NCBI RefSeq assembly: GCF_018977255.1 | Contig: NW_024704742.1 | Location: 72,604,001 to 72,668,000 of the forward strand | Length of the DNA: 64,000 bases | Direction: 5' to 3' | DNA from: Callorhinchus milii | Lineage: Eukaryota | Part shown: positions 63,211 through 64,000 of the stretch, one piece after another | Position numbering within the stretch: position 1 is the stretch's first letter | Layout of the letters: each line of letters opens with the position of its first letter | Program-made: the position numbers and the translations under genes | The notes under the pieces: model-generated | Seen by the model: the letters and a program-made list of their open reading frames with translations, nothing else | Database searches by the model: none | What the model was told of the DNA's origin: nothing

Positions 63211-64000
63211 ATGGGGAAGAGGCTTCCAGTGCTGTGAAGGTACATCAAAGGGTAGAAAACAGACAGACGCAAAAACATGGTCTCTACCTTACAGTGTAGG
63301 CAAACATTTCTTCAAAAGTGCGCCCTATATTGAAAATTCTAATCACCCTTAATTCAAATGGATTGAAAATTCCATTTGAAGCTCATCCTTGCTGTGTAAA
63401 AAGGTCACAGAGGCCTTTCAAAACGGCTAAGAATAAACTCCAAAATGAAAGAAATGCCAAATTACCTTTTTTGCCCGAAGAGATTCTAGATCATTCAAAA
63501 TTTAAACGAGTTCCATGCAAGGTGCTTGCCTGTTAAATGGATGGGTGATTTTTCACAATTTTGCACGCGTGTAGCAAAACGTCATTATGAAATTTGACAA
63601 TAAACTATTGTATTACAATTTGATACCTTTTCCCACACTGCCAGAACAATCACATTTCCCAAGTGAATTTAAAAAACAAACTGTTTATCATTTGCTTTGT
63701 AACAGGGCAGTGACTTTTGCAATATTTTGATGTGCCAAGACAGCAGGACAAGAGTGCTGCTGAGGTTCCCTCGCAAGTATTTCTTTACACAAAGCGCAAT
63801 GAACAACTGAAATGGGTTATCCTGTGAGGCCAAGACACTGGACTCACTTAATAAACAACTTTATTCTGTAATTAGAAGATAGAAAGGTGCATTTTCTGGA
63901 AAGGAGTGATCTTGAATCCTTCAATGTTATACATAAGCCCATTTCCACATGAACCATTCCAACACCAGAAAATCAATATTTACTCGAAGATAGGATACAA

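Noticed and set aside
1..64000. CRISPR array, operon or prokaryotic defence system
   Set aside because: The sequence is vertebrate intron. There is no repeat-spacer array, and the tandem repeats lack unique spacers.

Overview
Eukaryotic (vertebrate) intronic DNA, not prokaryotic. The only convincing host coding sequence is one 201-nt exon on the minus strand (26020-26220) of a calcineurin A catalytic-subunit gene. It best matches PPP3CA exon 2, so the window is most simply read as parts of its very large flanking introns (intron 1 to the right, intron 2 to the left). I could not find exon 1 or exon 3. The rest is dominated by transposable elements: a young tRNA-headed SINE family with long and short forms, many older Deu-domain SINEs, L2 and CR1 LINE fragments, and fossils of an Academ-like (XPG-nuclease) DNA transposon, a PIF/Harbinger transposase, a Ty3/Gypsy gag and a hAT MITE. 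There is also a ~870-bp C/A-rich minisatellite. The repeat repertoire suggests a cartilaginous fish (inference). Almost all ORFs in the track are spurious or TE-derived. I found no demonstrably new biological system. The best leads are structural: a perfect 126-bp palindrome; a candidate cryptic terminal exon whose 3' splice site lies in an inverted repeat; inverted L2 copies flanking a frame-preserving exon (circRNA architecture); a symmetric cluster of ZNF143-like motifs; and SINE/L2 tail exchange. Repeat family names come from recognising motifs by eye, with no database search, and most repeat boundaries are approximate.
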